Under the pieces are notes generated by a model. It was not told where the DNA came from. It saw only the letters and a program-made list of their open reading frames with translations, and did no database searches. A program made the position numbers and the translations under genes. From an uncultured Chlamydiae bacterium (GTDB lineage Bacteria > Chlamydiota > Chlamydiia > Chlamydiales > SM23-39), in NCBI GenBank assembly GCA_937899275.1, contig CALBPE010000013.1:1-56181 (forward strand): a DNA stretch of 56,181 nucleotides, given 5' to 3'. Shown in pieces: positions 55,188 to 56,181 of the stretch. Each line of letters begins with the position of its first letter. Within the stretch, counting starts at the first letter, position 1.

Positions 55188-56181
55188 TATGCAGTCGATT
55201 TTTGCTTACGCTTTCTTGGTATTTGCTGTTCTTGCCTTAACGCATATTCCTTTAGGCCTACAAGAAAAAATCCGTTCTTATGCGATAGATGCTTTACTCC
55301 CTTACGAAAAATCCAGCTCTTTGCAGGGGATTTCTCGTAAGGAACAAGCTTTACAAGAGCTAGAAAAAGAAAAAGCGCGTCTTGTCGCAGAAAATTACAA
55401 CTTACAATCTCAACTCAGCTCTGTATACGAGTGGCTTCTTTTTGATGAACGCTTGCAAGAAGAAGCAAAGCGTATGTGCGCGCTTCGGAAAAAACAGGGT
55501 GAGGCGGACCTTTATTGGAAATCCTTTTTTCAAAAACGATCGGAAGAGCTGAAATCTCTGATTGAAATGAAACTCCAAGCTCTGCCCGCAAAAGTGATTT
55601 ACCGCGAGCCTTCTTCTTGGGGAAGTAGCGTCTGGATTAATGTAGGCAAAAGAAATAATGCCGCTTTGGAAAAAGAGATTATCGCAAAAAATAGCCCTGT
55701 TGTTGTTGGGAATCATCTAGTAGGTGTGGTCGAATTTGTAGATACAAGTAAAAGCCGGGTCAGGCTAATTACCGACTCTGGCCTCGCGCCTTCTGTACGC
55801 GCTCTTAGAGGAAAACCTCAAGATGAAGAGCTTCTCAAATGGGTAGATGGTCTTTTGGTCCGTTTGCAGGCAAAACCGTATGCCTATCAAACAACAATTC
55901 AAGAGCTTCTTTCTTTTAAGGAGCATTTTTCCATCCAAAAAGAAGAGCTGTATTTAGCTAAAGGGGAAATACAAGGCAGCTCAAAGCCTCTTTGGTCAAG
56001 TCAGTCAGTCACGCTGTATGGAAGGGGTTTTAACTACGCTTATAGCGACAGCAAAGGACCTTCTAGAGATTTACATACAGGCCTGCCATCTTCTATAGAG
56101 GCTGTTTCTAAGAAAAAAAGAGCCGCTCTTTTACAAGAAGGCGATCTACTTGCAACCACAGGAATGGATGGGGTTTTTCCC
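55188..56181 (+). CDS. mreC: Rod shape-determining protein MreC (3' end outside the window)
   Basis: The frame is open from ATG 55188 to the window edge, so it is not in the ORF track. It has an N-terminal TM segment (FAYAFLVFAVLAL) and a coiled-coil (LQELEKEKARLVAENYNLQSQL). It also has LVGVVEFVDTSKSRVRLITDSG and a terminal ATTGMDGVFP, typical of MreC. Confidence 0.8.

Noticed and set aside
1-56181. CRISPR arrays, rRNA genes, intact prophage or IS elements, toxin-antitoxin or restriction-modification style defence cassettes
   Set aside because: I looked for regularly spaced direct repeats, rRNA-like conserved stretches and characteristic defence-gene motifs and saw none. The only mobile-element trace is the decayed transposase fragment at 39.3-39.7 kb.

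Overview
This 56-kb chromosomal window reads as a Chlamydiae genome. Lineage markers are a TopA C-terminus fused to a SWIB domain, a ~715-aa GreA, a ~540-aa ThyX, thrS-parA-pGP6-D synteny, rpsT-hyp-rpoD synteny and MOMP-like porins. Contiguous recC-recB-recD, a GH63/glucokinase pair, a YjbH-family barrel and an IS scar suggest an environmental chlamydia rather than Chlamydiaceae. No database search was possible, so all calls rest on motifs I recognise in the translations. Coding density is high and many gene junctions are 1-4 nt overlaps (ATGA). Housekeeping content: uvrB, two tandem tyrP-like permeases, thyX, hemB, greA, rdgB, yacP-like, dus, yggT, glk, recA, ispA-like, ung, parA, thrS, lplT-like, recCBD, mscL, rpsT, rpoD, mreC (3'-truncated), tRNA-Pro(GGG) and tRNA-Ala(GGC). 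Points worth a second look: (1) a translationally coupled trio (PilM/PilN-like fusion, PilO/GspM-like bitopic protein, MORN-repeat lipoprotein) whose order mimics a pilus/T2SS alignment subcomplex; (2) a symmetric array of about ten DnaA-box-like 9-mers (TTATGAACA/TGTTCATAA, plus TTTTCCACA) in one 160-bp intergenic region; (3) a GH63 glycosidase gene intact except for one in-frame TGA; (4) a tandem triplet of MOMP-like porin paralogs with the middle copy broken; (5) a decayed IS3-family (IS2-like) transposase remnant with a chimeric ORF, in a 1.3-kb gene-poor stretch between two porin genes. No CRISPR array, rRNA or intact mobile element was seen.
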